64,000 nt of DNA from Octopus vulgaris (taxonomy: Eukaryota). Both the position numbers and the translations under genes were made by a program. Under the pieces are notes generated by a model. It was given only the letters and a program-made list of their open reading frames with translations. It made no database searches and was not told where the DNA came from. Positions 1 to 12,814 of this stretch are shown here, in pieces (the stretch's first letter is position 1; every line of letters begins with the position of its first letter). The DNA lies in assembly GCA_951406725.2 (NCBI GenBank), contig OX597826.1:83700001-83764000 (forward strand). The letters run 5' to 3'.

Positions 1-29
1 TAAACGAAGGAGTCAGGAAAAAAATTTAC

Positions 30-200
30 CAAATAAGTGTCTGCTGATACAAGAATGAATGCAAAGTTTGAGAATCTTATCCCTGATTATGTTGAGGATT
101 TTTTGTGTTAGAATGATGAAAAAGTTATTTTTCTGGAAAAGGGAACTTAGTTTAGCTTTATGAATTAGAATCATGCATTCTTGCTGTACAATTATAGTGG
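30..200 (-). mobile_element. Possible highly decayed Penelope-like element fragment (C-terminal part of the GIY-YIG endonuclease region)
   Basis: Minus-strand translation across frames gives ARMHDSNS*S...EK*..HHSNTKN / ILNIIRDKILKLCIH. This resembles the PLE C-terminal pattern (A.PY....C.LC..EK..I.......LN.R.E....C.H). Very degenerate. Confidence 0.25.
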
Positions 201-2617
201 ACAATAAATGCTAAATCCGGTCGTAATACCTGAGATGGATACAGAGATGTTATCAAATATTTGGTTGGATGTAAATTTATCCTACAAAAGCAGCTCAAAG
301 TTAAGAGGCAGGTGATTAGGTAGCAAATTGGAAAGATGTAGTTTGTTTTGTAGTGTACACTTGAGGGAAATTCCTCTCCTCTCTCTATTATATATACATA
401 CGAACATAGAAGATAACAGCTAGCCTTTGGCCGCATTTTGGACCCTGTTGTGTCCACTGCTTTGATTGATTGATATTGGCGTAATTTGTCTCTTGCTCCA
501 TTGTGCGCTAATATGCCACCCAACCAATCGCAGCCTTCAAATAAGGTGATGTGTGACAGCCTGTTTTTCTACCTCAGCTGAGCCCACAATTAATTATAAA
601 AAAACCTAACTTTTCCTCGTCTCAAGGTCTTTGGTTTCAGACCTTTTATGGTCTGGCCACTGACCATACAAGACACCGCCAGTTCCAGTGACAACACAAC
701 AGCAGCCACGTGGAGACTCATCAACCTCGTCCAGCAGCATTACGGCAACCTCCATCTCCGTTGCCACCATTTGTTTTAACGTCAACATCTCTTCCAGCTT
801 CCAACACTCCACTGTTCATGAATTACTTCACCATGGACCAACAGCGAATATACAACCTGCAAGAACTCCTGTACCAAGTGACCCAGGCAGCAGCATTACA
901 GCCACAACTTCACGTACAACATGTACCACAACTGGCTCTGCATCATGGCTGCAACTTCTTGATACAGTATTTCAACTATCGTGTACCATTGACTATGAAC
1001 TGGTGTTTACCATTCTTGTGTCTATGAACTTCTCACTTCAATGGCTACAGACTCTTTCACTGTCTCTTCTTCATTGCTATCCTTATATGTTCTTAACAAG
1101 TATATGGCCATGCCTACATACACACACATACATCTTGTTCTTGTGACGGCCTGTCTATTATTCTGTATATATGACACACACACAATCACACGTGTTAATA
1201 TATCAATAAATCTTCTCTTAAACATTCTGCCCGGTTGTGTCTCTCTTTTCCCTCTGGCACATAAATGTATTATTGTATTGATTGTGTGATGTACTAAGGA
1301 GCCATTCTTGTCACCTCACTTCACATGGACGTTTCAAATTGGTGATACGTTCCAGCTCTTTGAAACAGAAAACAATTACAATGGGAGAAGGAGATACTCC
1401 ACAGGTATCTAAACCTTCAGTTCCATTATAGTTTAATACAAGAAAACAAAACCATGAGTTTGAAGGTATGAGAATAAATTGCGGAGGGAAAGGACCACCT
1501 TGAGACTTGAATTAGATGAATTTATAAACAGGGAAGAAACAATAGAAACCATTTATTACAGAAAAAAGATTTTCTGGGTGAATAACGCAAAATATAATTT
1601 TAAAATATTACTAGAAAATAGTTTGGTTATATAAGTTAGAAATAAGATCAGTAAAATGAAGTAAAATACAACAATATGAATCTAAAATCACAAGTTTTTT
1701 TTTTGATGGGTAGAAGAATGTGAAAAAGTCAGAGAAGAATCCTTCTAAGTTCCTGCAAAATCAAACTGTCTGAAAAAAGAATTGGTAGCAAAGATGTATT
1801 AAAGATATATTTCAAAAGATTTGGGATTACACAATGATATCTTCTTTAATATTTTGTTGTGAAGGAAGGATTTAGCAACAAGTATTTCCTGTTTTTCAAT
1901 TAGTCAAGTAACATTATTTTCTCCGGTCTGTATTTGAATGAATAGGATAGTTTAAAAGTATTTGTAGCTAAATATTTTCGTAATAGTTTTACTCTGAAAA
2001 TCGAAATAATATATTTCTAAATCTCTCAGACAGATTTATGCAGTAGCAGCATGATAAAGTGATAGTGTGTTGTTGACTTAATGTGACAGTCCCACAGTCC
2101 AATAGGAAACGGTGTTTCCTAGGGCTAAATAACAGTAGCATTCTTCCCTTTTATGGGACAACATGCTATCGCTTTAGTTTTACTCTGGTATCATTTAATA
2201 GTATTTATGCTGAAAGGTGAGTTCTTCTTAAATATAAGATAAAATATTTTCTACCCAGCTTCCATGTTGTAAGGTGGAATATACCAACAAATGCATCTTT
2301 GTCGATTTCTATTTTTTTAATTTTCTCAGGAGTTTGTGTGTTCATGGATCCCTCTCCTTCTTAAAACTTTATTAAGATATGACAATTCTTAAATATATAC
2401 GAGAGTGTGTGAAATACCATCATTACCATCATCATCCTCATTTAATGTCCAGTTTTCCATGCTGGCCGAGGTTAGACTGAGTTTTTGAAGCCCTTTCGGT
2501 CAACAGCCTTTCCACTTGCCTCTGACAGCACACAGGAACACAATGCAGTGATTCTAAGACCAGAATTTTGAGACGATAAAGGAATCTAATTCTAATTACG
2601 TCTCTAGAATTACAAAT

Positions 2618-2859
2618 ATGTGTGTGTGTATGTGAGAGAGAACAGTAATTTCTTGTATGTGTGTGTGTGTGCACAAAAGCATGAAATCACAGTTAACTCT
2701 ATCTCTCTCTTACACAAACATTCATATGCACATTGATAGATATACATATGTATGCACATGTGTTTGTGTGCATATATATACATATATATATACATATAAA
2801 TATACATGCATGCACACACACACATGCATATATATATGTATGCATATGCACACACACAG

Positions 2860-2891
<32 letters not shown>

Positions 2892-2894
2892 GTG

Positions 2895-2950
<56 letters not shown>

Positions 2951-3053
2951 CAAACATGCATACATTTTAAATCAGTGTAAATGCATATATGTTTGTACAT
3001 GAGAAGCAAACATTTGTATGAATGTAAATTGGTGTATATTTTCAATATCATTT

Positions 3054-3096
<43 letters not shown>
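2618..3096. repeat. Compound (TG)/(CA)/(TA) microsatellite tract
   Basis: Alternating dinucleotide runs directly visible; source of the HT/VC/YI ORFs in the track. Confidence 0.95.
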
Positions 3097-4594
3097 TATA
3101 GACACAAATTCATACAGAGATGTTACAGACAGGATATCTGAAGAGGTCCCCTGAGAAATAATAAACACTCAACAGCTGAGTGACCCCTTTAAACTGAACA
3201 GGCAATTCCTATGCTAAGGGTACCTAAACTGTGGGTGTTTATGACTCCCTTTATGTTGTTCTGACCCTTACCCTAACCCTTTTGATATTTTGCAGCAGCC
3301 AGACTGCAAAGAAATTACAATTTCTTAAACCCTTTTCTTCACATGGACCAAAACTTCATGTTCAAATATAAGACCACCCTGAAGAAGAAAAGGAAACCAA
3401 CATTTAAAGAAGAAGTTGTTTAATAAGGGTGGGCGGTAACATGAATCTGTTTTTAAAAGTATATAATAAGATTTTAGAGATGGGTCAATGAGGACACCTC
3501 TAGATGGTAGAGAGAGTAGCCAAATCACCCTCAACCTGAACTTGCCTTATACTCTGACTGACCTAATGTGTAGTATTTTGAAAGACAATCTTCAACAGGA
3601 ATCTAGAATGTAGAGTACTTCTAGTGTCTGCCTTCAAGAGAATATTTGCTAAATGTTAGATATAGTCTTCATGTCCTTAGTTTCTGCATTCTACCATAGT
3701 TTGGTGAGAAGTAATGGCAGAGGGGGGCATTTCTTGCCATGGGGAGGCACTTGCTCTCATTCCTTCATTTCAATCCTTCGCTTCAAATGTATAACAGAAA
3801 CGGTTCTCATGAAAAGTTATGCAAGTTTTTACGCTTTCTTTGTTAAGTTAAATCAATGAAGCTGCAACAGTTTAATTCCCAAGATCTTATGGATCTTGTT
3901 TCAAATCCCACCAGAATAAACTCTGCATTTATTTCAGAGAAATGATATGAAGAAAACTTGTATGAAAAGACTGATTCTGCAAACAAATAGTCCCATCCAT
4001 TCACTGCTCAATTCAAGAGTAACTTTTCACAAATTTTTTTTGTAACAGAGGTTGATTTAGTGAATGAATTTCATCACACAATTAAAAACTGAAATCTGGA
4101 TTCTGATGGGGTTTTTTTTATTATTGAAACAGAAACAATGTGTATAGTATATTTAACTGTTTTGCCATAATTTATTTGTAAACACAAAGAACTGGTTATT
4201 GTCATGTCTGACTCCTTGTTAAGATTTCAAATTCCCATTGCATGTCTGAGTCCCTGTTTAATTTAGGCTTCATTTTATCACCTTTAAAAAGGAATAAATT
4301 TTTTGTAATTAACTGAAAATGTCATCATTTTGCAAATTTTATAGTATACCATTTTGAAAAGTGATATAATTAACAGAATTTTGTGATTATTTGGTTTGTA
4401 ATTAAGCAGACAAGCAACTAAGTATATAACTTAAATGAGCCGATACCACAATTTGGATTAATAAGTTTAAAAGACGATGTAATGAATGTCATATGCAAAA
4501 AATTCTTAATTAATTGAAATTGCTCTGTTATTTGGAGAAAGAAAGCAAAAACCAAGTGGCAATTGCTGAAGAAAAAGGAAGATGAAGCAGTGAA

Positions 4595-4806
4595 GTGGGC
4601 AGCAGACTCATTAAAATATCAAAGTGTTAAGCAATAGTTCTCCCTTCTCCCAATTTTATGTTCCGAGTTCAAATGCTACCAAGGTCAGCTTTGCCTTTTT
4701 TCTTTTCAAGGTTGATAAAATAAGGACCAATTGAGCACTGGGGTCGATGTAACTGATTGGCCCCACTTCCTCAAAATTTCAGGCTTTGTGCCTATAGTAG
4801 AAAGGT
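4595..4806 (+). mobile_element. tRNA-derived SINE, family A (central GCCTTTCATCCTTT.GGGGTCGATAAA.TAAGTACCAG, Meta-domain-like)
   Basis: B-box-like GAGTTCAAAT, degenerate central motif and TTGTGCCTATAGTAGAAAGG tail; homologous to copies at 19740, 20468, 59760 and 60055. Confidence 0.75.
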
Positions 4807-4818
4807 AAAAAAAAAGGT

Positions 4819-6026
4819 GAGGTAATTTCAAGGAATTAGAATAATTAGTCCATCAAGGTTAATTTAGATACTTCAAGGAAGGATCGTTTGATGATTGTTA
4901 GCTGATAATGGACACAATTACTATGCCTAGGGATCTTAGCTGCCCATATAACTGCAGGAATGAAATCGACTTCAGAGGTGCAAATTTGCACAATTTTCTT
5001 ATTCCAGTTCAAGCTAGGCCGAAAAGCTGCTGAAACAGCTCATGATATCAATGATGCGTTTGGCCCAGGAACCACTAATGAACGTACAGCACAATGGTGG
5101 TTCAAGAAATTTTATAGCAGTGATGAGAATCTTGAAGATGATAAGCATAGTGGTCAGCCATTGGATGTTGATCAACTAAGAGCCTTAGTGGAAGCCAATC
5201 CATGCACAACTGTTCGAGAGCTTGCTTCTGAATTAGACGTAATGTATACAACATTTTCCAACCACTTGAAAGAGATTGGAAAAACAAAATACTTGAGAAA
5301 TGGGAGCCGCATGAACTGAACGGCAGCCAAAAAAAAAATGACGTTTTGAAGTGTCGTCTTCTTTTATGCAACAAGAACAACCCGTTTCTTGACCGGATTG
5401 TGACTTGTGATGAAAAGTGGATTCTTTACAACTGGCAATGCTCAGCTCAGTGGTTGGATGCTGACAAAGCTCCACAGCACTTCCCGGAGCCAAAGTTGCA
5501 CCAAAAGAAGGTCATGGTGATCTGTGGCTGGTCTCATCCAGCACAGCTTTTTGGATCCAGGTGAAACCATTACAGCAGAGAAGTACCGTCAGCAAATGGA
5601 TGAAATGCATAAGAAACTCTGACAACAACAGCCAGCATTGGTCAATAGAAAAGGACCAATTCTTCTCCACGACAACGCTCAGCCACACGTCACACAACTG
5701 ACCCTGCAGAAGTTGAACGAATTGGACAACGAAACTCTGCCTCATCCGCCATACTCACCAGACCTCTCGCCTACCGACTACCACTTTTTCAAGCATCTCG
5801 ACAATTTCTTGCGTGAGAAATGCTTAAAAAACCAAGACGATGCCAAGTATGCCTTCAACGACTTCATCGCCACCAGAATGCAGGATTTTTTGCTACTAGC
5901 ATAAATAAACTTGTTTCGCCTTGATTCTGATGGAGTTTATTTCGATTAATAAAGATTTGTTTGAGCTGAGATATGTACATCTGAATTTAAAGGTTAAAAA
6001 CCTCAAGAAATTTCTTGACAACCTAA
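4819..6026 (+). mobile_element. Mariner DNA transposon (Hsmar1-like, D,D34D), decayed
   Basis: Right TIR ...CAAGAAATTTCTTGACAACCTAA followed by TA at 6027-6028; the left TIR is mostly missing next to a SINE; transposase remnants inside. Confidence 0.92.
4960..5904 (+). pseudogene. Mariner transposase pseudogene (frameshifts and stops)
   Basis: ORFs 4960-5319, 5346-5564 and 5638-5904 give the HTH (LGRKAAETAHDINDAFGPGTTNERTAQWWFKKF), WEPHEL (WVPHEL-like), RIVTCDEKW, ILLHDNAQPH and HPPYSPDLSPTDYHFF. Confidence 0.95.
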
Positions 6027-6639
6027 TATATTTGTACACCAATCAAAATGGTAAAGTAATGCTTCAAATTAGTCCAAAAATGTTTCTAAACACATTGTTT
6101 TGCATGATAAAGTTTGTCATGGGAATCTTCATAGCATTTTCATTGTCCCCTCCAACCATTTTAAGGGTTGCACTTGCACCCCACACGACCTCTCTTCCTC
6201 TGCTTATGGCTGTCTGCAAGCAAAGACTAGACCTAAATATTTAATTTTCTTGCCTACAGTATTCCATATATTTAATTTTCTTGCCTACAGTATTCCATAG
6301 ATTATCCTCTAACTTAACCCCACAAATAATGTCAGATATTTAGCCAAGGGCCCCACTGATTAAACCAGTTCTCTGCTCAATGCTACTATTACAATATTAA
6401 TAGTAAATTTTCAAGAAATCACCTTACAAAATAGAATGAATATCATTCAACATTAATGGTTTACTCTCCACAAAAACGAAATCCTGTAGAAGGAAGTTTG
6501 GGTCCATTTCAAAATAAATATAAAAATATTTACTTTTTAAATTTATACATTTAATTCAGGAAGTAACTACTATAAAATACAGATTAAATTTCAGTGGTAT
6601 TTTTTGAGAAGAAAAAAGGAAAAGATAGTATCACAACTA

Positions 6640-6830
6640 AGGAGACTTCTACACAGCTATTTGACATGCTAAAAATAGCAGTCAAATTCACACCCGACAG
6701 TCTTTAAAAAATGAAGGAGGCGAATGTAATCTTTGACATGCAAAACTGGGATGGTCATGGTTAGAATGCCATTGATCACAAGTTTGCCTACTCAGATCTC
6801 ACTGACCTGGGGTTAAAATCCTAACAACAA
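6640..6830 (-). repeat. Old unclassified interspersed repeat, family X (TTAGCCCCAGGTCAG...ATGACCATCC...GCTATTTCTAGCAGG)
   Basis: Reverse complement matches diverged copies at 19390, 45350-46880, 50240-50660, 57430, 62030-62580 and 63480. Confidence 0.6.
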
Positions 6831-7209
6831 CTTCCAGTTAATATTTTAATGGCTTGCTTCTTACCCATGCTGTTATTTGAAAAGTTTTCATATTAGAAGA
6901 ATCACAGTTAAAGAGAATGGGAGGAGAGAGAGGGGAGGAAAGAGAGAGAGAAAGAAAAAAAGAAAGAAAAGCAGAGAGAGAGAGCAGGTTGTGGAAGGTG
7001 TTAGGTGTTCTGGATTGTGAGGCAGTTTAGGAGGCAGTGTAAGCTTATGAAAGGAAGAAGAAAGAAAAAGCACTTAAAGGGTGTGAATGCATTTGGAATG
7101 ATCAGCAAGAAGGCCTAAGATGTCTGTCAGAAGAGGCTACAGGCTTGTCAACCAGGTTGTAATCAATGACTACTCTAGCTACATTGTACTCAGATGTGAG
7201 GAGGGTAAA

Positions 7210-7950
7210 GGAGATAACTTCAACAAAGGGAAGTACGGTGGGTGGTGGTGGTGGTGGGGGGGTTGGTATCAAATTGCTGGACCTGGTCATAGTAAGAGTT
7301 AGAACCAAATTGGTTTGAGAAAGTTGTCCAAGATGCAATGTAAGTTGGGTTTTTTATCAAGGAAACACACAACTGATGCCATCTTCTTGGTAAGGCAGCT
7401 GCAGGGGGAGTATTTTGCTAAGAGTCAAGTTGTTGTATGAAGCATTTATGGTCTCAAAGATAGCTTTTGACAGAGTCCCTTGCTTAGAGATCAGGTTGTC
7501 AGTGAAGAAGCTTTGTAAGAGCCAGCAAGCTGTGTAGAAGGGTGCTGTCAGCTATGAGTACAGGAACCAGTTTAGTGAGTGGGAAGGAGGCCATCAAAGT
7601 TCATTGCTCAGTTCTTTTCTATTTATCATTGTGTTGATGGTTTTTATAGTGGAATTTGTATGAAAATTAAAGACGAAATTCCTGTCATGGAAGCAAAAAT
7701 CTGGAATCAAAGGGCCTCAGTGTTAAGTCAGCAAAGACTAAAGTATCAATCAGTAGGAAAACAGACATCTCCCTACAGCTATCAAGGTCCCTGCTGCCAT
7801 CAAGGTCCCTGCTTCTGTTATTTAAGTGATCTAATTAGCAGTGGTTGAAGATGTTCTGAAAGTAACCCAAGTAAGAACTGACTGCAACAATTACCTCTCT
7901 TCATAACAAAAGAATTCTTTCTCAAAGGGAAAAGCAAATTCTATTATGAT
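7210..7950 (+). mobile_element. Old, highly diverged RTE LINE RT fragment
   Basis: Colinear similarity to 13480-14520 (ACTGATGCCATCTTCTTGGTAAGGCAGCTGCAGG = TDAIFLVRQLQ; GCTTTTGACAGAGTCCC = AFDRVP). Confidence 0.75.
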
Positions 7951-7956
7951 TGCATA

Positions 7957-8790
7957 TTTTTTATTTCTATCTTTTACTTATTTCACTCACTGGATAGTGG
8001 CCATGCTGGGGCTCCACCTTGAAAAATTTTTGGCAAAGGAATTGGCCCCAGTATTTTTTTAAGCCTTGAAATTATTCTAACAGTCTCTTTTTAGAGGAAT
8101 GTAAACACACACTAGCACCAATTGTCACATGGTGGTGTCGGGGACAAACACACACACACACATGTGTGCACGCACACACACAGTGCTAGATTAACCATTA
8201 AGCAAAATAAGCACATGCTTAGGGCATCAAGGGAAGGAGAGGGAACCACAGAAATGGTAAATGGTTTAATGCACAAAAGAAATCACTTCAAACTTGCTAA
8301 AATAATATTTGAGATGCCTTTATCTCTATTAAGTATAGATGCAGATGTGTTACCTAAGATTAACTTTGAGGATCTCATCAAAGACTTTGCAATTAAAAGA
8401 AGTAGGAGGAAACTTTTCAAATATAAATAAAAATTGGAAGTATACAAAAATAAACATTATTTTCCCTCTTACAGTTTTGTTTCGTTTTGAAAAATAAAAA
8501 TTTATTTTATGGTTTTTTATTGTTTATATTTTGAATCACATAATCTTTTATGGAGGTACCAAAATCTTTTATGTGTTTAGGGCCTCGATGGATCTTAATC
8601 CGGCCCTGTACACACACACACACACATGATGGACTTCTTTCAGTTTCTGTGCATTAAATCGGCTCACAAGGTTTTGATTGACACAAGACTATAGTAGAAG
8701 ATACTTGCTCAAGGTGCCATGCATTGGGACTGAAACCAGAACCATGTGATTCGGAAGTAAATTGTTTACCTCACAGCCACGCCTGCTCCC
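7957..8790 (-). mobile_element. SINE family B (tRNA head, CORE-like CCTTGGGCAAG region, internal microsatellite, 3' tail), interrupted by a hAT element
   Basis: Head at about 8625-8790 and tail at about 7957-8150 on the minus strand match the copies at 22147 and 44692. Confidence 0.8.
8181..8608 (+). mobile_element. Non-autonomous hAT element retaining the C-terminal dimerisation-domain fragment
   Basis: Imperfect TIRs CAGTGCTAGATTAA / TTAATCCGGCCCTG; 8-bp flanks CACACACA / TACACACA; internal peptide LSLLSIDADVLPKINFEDLIKDFAIKRSRRK. Confidence 0.85.
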
Positions 8791-9080
8791 TATGAACTGC
8801 AATGCTAGATGAGGGTGAAATGTGATCACTGGATGTGCGACGTAAGTGTCTAAATGTGTTGAAGGAAAAACTAGGTGTAAGAAAAATCAGATGCAAAGTG
8901 CAACAGAGAGACTGTGTTGGTTTGAGCATGTGATGTGTATTGATGACGATAAAAAAAGGTGCTGACTGCTTACAGCAGCTGGAACCTGTGGATGATGAAG
9001 ACCCAGGAAGGCATTGGATGATGTGGTGAAGGTTGATCTCAAGAGGTTGATCCTCACAGAAGAGATGGCAATGAACCAAA
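8790..9080 (+). mobile_element. Diverged RTE LINE C-terminal fragment
   Basis: Similar to 14590-14880 (GTGCAACAGAGAGACTGTGTTGG; AGACCCAGGAAGGCATTGGATG). Confidence 0.7.
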
Positions 9081-11534
9081 GCGGCTGTTACAATTTGAAT
9101 ACCTTGAGATGATCTACTGGCTTGTTGGTTACTTTCACCTGGTAGAATTCCTTGGAAACAGTAGAAACCAAGAACTTCCCCGCATTTATATTTTTTTGCT
9201 TCTTGACTACTAGCACTCTATGCGGAAAAAGAAAAGAAAAAAAAAGGCGGAAAGAAAAATGCATAGTCCATAAAATTCTTCCAGACCATAACTATTTTCT
9301 ATATTTAAGAAATGTTTTACTTCATAAAATGTGTAAGTAATGCATCCTTGGATAAGTGATGCTGATGATTTCTAAAAAGAATAAAATAGTACAACACACA
9401 ATCTTGATTGACTGGGAATGTTAAGAACTTCATAATAAGTCAGCAAAAAAGTTGAATGTCAGTTCTATGCACCCTTTTCTTTATAATTCCTTATTTTCAA
9501 TTCCAAATTTCTGATCCCACCAAATATTAAGAAAAAATAATTATTTCACATGTAATAACTGTCATCCAGGGAATAATGTGTATGCATATGTATGTGTATG
9601 TATGTGTGCATACATATAGACATATATACATACATATACTCATATGCATTACATATAGATAAACACATATATATATACATATTTATAAATTTGTATGTAT
9701 GTATGTATATATATACATACACACACACACATATACATGTATATATATATATATATATGTGTGTGTATATATATATATATATATACTCATACATATCTAT
9801 ATGTATATGTATGCATATATGTCATCATCATCGTTTAACGTCTGTTTCCCATGCTAGCACGGGTTATATATATATATATAGTTATATAAATTTTTGATAT
9901 GTTTTTTTAAGAAAAATTGCTTGGAATGTTATATTTAATCTTTCTATTTTATAATTTCATATTTGATTTTAATACATCAATTATGTTTTTATTTATTTGT
10001 ATATAAATTATCATTGTTTCTCATATCGTTTATTGCCTACTAACAATAGTATTGATAATAACAACAACAAACAGTAATGATATTAATAAAGGACAGCTCC
10101 TAGAATCTCGATGTTTTTCTGACAAAATCATATTTTTAAAAGCCTATATTTAGACGTTCACATCTGTCCTATATTTCCAAACAGTTGTGCGTAGAATGTG
10201 TGTATTCTTTGCCAGGGTGTTTATTTACACAGCTTCACAAATGTTTGCCTCCCCACCACCCCACACTCACAAAAAAGTGAACATTCGTAATTGTATTTAT
10301 GTCTGTGTGTCCTTCTCCAAGATATTTTATTTGTCACCATCTACTCCATCCTTACTGCCTTCCTTTTCTCTATACTTTCGGGGGGGGGGGGGAGTTTTAG
10401 ATGCTGGAGTGCAGCCATGATCAAGTGGTTGTGGAGTTTGTTTTTTCTCTCACATGCTTCTCGCTTGGGCCCACAGTAGTGTAGGATCTTAAGCAAGTTT
10501 ATTTATTCTACTGATGTCACAGATCAAAAATACTTGGTCAATGAAATGTGCTAGAAGGAAACAGTACAGAAAGTTGTTGTTGTTGTGTGTGTGTGTGTGT
10601 GTGTGTGTACATATCTTTTTCCAAAATTTATTAGTGAAAAAATGTAGAAATTGGTGAGAAAACTGATAAACTGGTGCATTCAAACAAAAATACCTGGTGG
10701 TATTTATTTCACACTAATTATACAGACTGTCTTTTTTGTAACTCTCACCATCAGAACTTAATTAAGCATTGAGTAGCATACTGGAAACGTTTAGAAGGTA
10801 ATGTTATTGTTTATAAAATGAATGAAACAAAAATAATAAATAAAATAATGTTTTTGTTTTTTTTTTATTTATGAAAGTGAAAGTTTAGGATGGAAACCAA
10901 TTTTTCTTGCACAAAGAGAAAAAGAAGCAAACTGTTATTAGACATTTCTGTCACCGGAGACAGGAAGAATCAACAGTGCTGGGATATGAACCTGACATCT
11001 ATCAGTAGCCAGGTGATTACACCACACCTGCAAGTACCTCTTCTCAAATTAGGTACCTTTGAAATGTTTCAGCCTTTACTGAGCATCTCTGATTGATTGA
11101 CTGGTACCACTTCAGTATGCACCATTTACTACCCCTACTGACGCTCCTTTTCCCCTTCCTTTTCTTTCCATGTGCAAGCCCTGTCTAAGACCATCCCCAG
11201 TCTCACTCTGGTACAAGACTGGTGCAGTCCTGCACCCATAGCCTCTCACCACATCATGCTTTTGGGGTGGTCAGTCAGCCATGCCCGCTTACCGCTTCAG
11301 TGCTCACAGTTGTCACCCCAGTTGTATCCCCTTTCTAAGCAGTCCTCACAGCTGGGTCCACATTGCCAATCCCAAAGGATCATCTTCAGTACACTAGATT
11401 CCATCATGTCATTATTGTCCTCAGTAAGGTCAATAACCAAATGAGGCTGGTTGTCTGCTACTGGACAGGACAGGACACCTACAGTTTGCCTCCAATTATG
11501 GACCCTATTAATGTCTCTTTAGATTTTGCTTGTT

Positions 11535-11912
11535 GTTTTAGTCTTTTACTTGTTTCAGTCACTTGACTGTGGCCATACTGGAGCACCGCTTTTAGTCGAA
11601 CAAATCGAACCCGGGACTTATTCTTTGTAAGCCTAGTACTTATCCTATCAGTAGCTTTTGCCGAACTGCTAGGTTACGGGGACATAAACACACCAACTTT
11701 GGTTGTCAAGCAATGGTGGGGAGACAAACAGACATGCACACATGCACACACACACACACACACATATGACGGGCTTCTTCCAGTTTCCATCAACCAAATT
11801 CACTCTGCCCGAGGCTAAAGTTGAAGACACTTGCCCATGATGGCATGCAGTGGAACCAAACCCAGAACCATGTGGTTGGTGAGCAAGCTACTTACCACAC
11901 AGCCATTCCTGC
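11535..11912 (-). mobile_element. SINE family B, near full length
   Basis: Reverse complement of the head (GCAGGAATGGCTGTGTGGTAAGTAGCTTGC), internal (CA)n and tail (AAGTGACTGAAACAAGTAAAAGA). Confidence 0.9.
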
Positions 11913-12692
11913 TTGTTGTTTTTAATTGTATTTAAAGAGCAAATGGTAAACTGTAATATTTACAAGTTACTAACCTTACAAGATTACAATAAACAAGACA
12001 AACCATTCTACAAATGTCCAAAACAACAAGTTATCCAACTTCATTTTGATATAATTAACATAAAAGGACTCCGTGAATCACATTATGAATTAACATCTAA
12101 AATGTTACTATGCATATATATGTGTGTGTGTGTGTGCCGTTGCCGATTTTTTTTCCTTAACTTGACATTCCATTTTAATGATCTGGAAATAAACAAAAGT
12201 TAACTAGAAAAAAAAAAATAGATTCCAAAATGATTCAAAAACAAAATTCTCGTAAAAAATAGATTCCAAAATTTAAAAGAACGGTGGGAACTTAGTTGCC
12301 AACCCAATAGATGGGCAGAGAAGAAGGTCTTTAAATGTCCAACACTAATCAACAGAAAGGATTCTACTCATATGATGAACCCCTTAAATTATTCATTGCT
12401 ACACAACGTTCCATGCGACTGTGTATAACTAAACAGAGTAATAAAACTATTTCACCTGAAAAAACAAGATTTTTGAAATGTTTTACAAAATATTATCACA
12501 AAAACGAATTCTATAGAGGAAGCCATAATAAAGTCATTGTATCTGATTGATTTACTGATCTTATAACAGTAAACCGATCAGAAGTTTTATAGAATATTAG
12601 ACATTTACAATATCTCGACTGTTCACATTTTATAACTCAATTTCTGTCTCTTTTCACACGAAAATCAATGGCTGATGCTTGGTTGCCAATAG

Positions 12693-12745
<53 letters not shown>

Positions 12746-12814
12746 AACAGACCTCATTTGTTAATTTTTTTCATAAATATATTTATTATACATTATATTA
12801 TACATTATATTATA

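Noticed and set aside
688-1146. 152-aa and 105-aa ORFs as host genes
   Set aside because: Low-complexity S/T/Q/P-rich, no recognisable domain or splice structure; probably repeat-derived.
1325-1415. Minus-strand hammerhead (CUGAAGG ... UGAAACGUC)
   Set aside because: GAAACGUC is PLE-like, but the first core box and stems I and II cannot be formed convincingly.
6238-6299. 31-bp direct repeat as an element TSD
   Set aside because: The copies are adjacent with nothing between them; a simple local tandem duplication.
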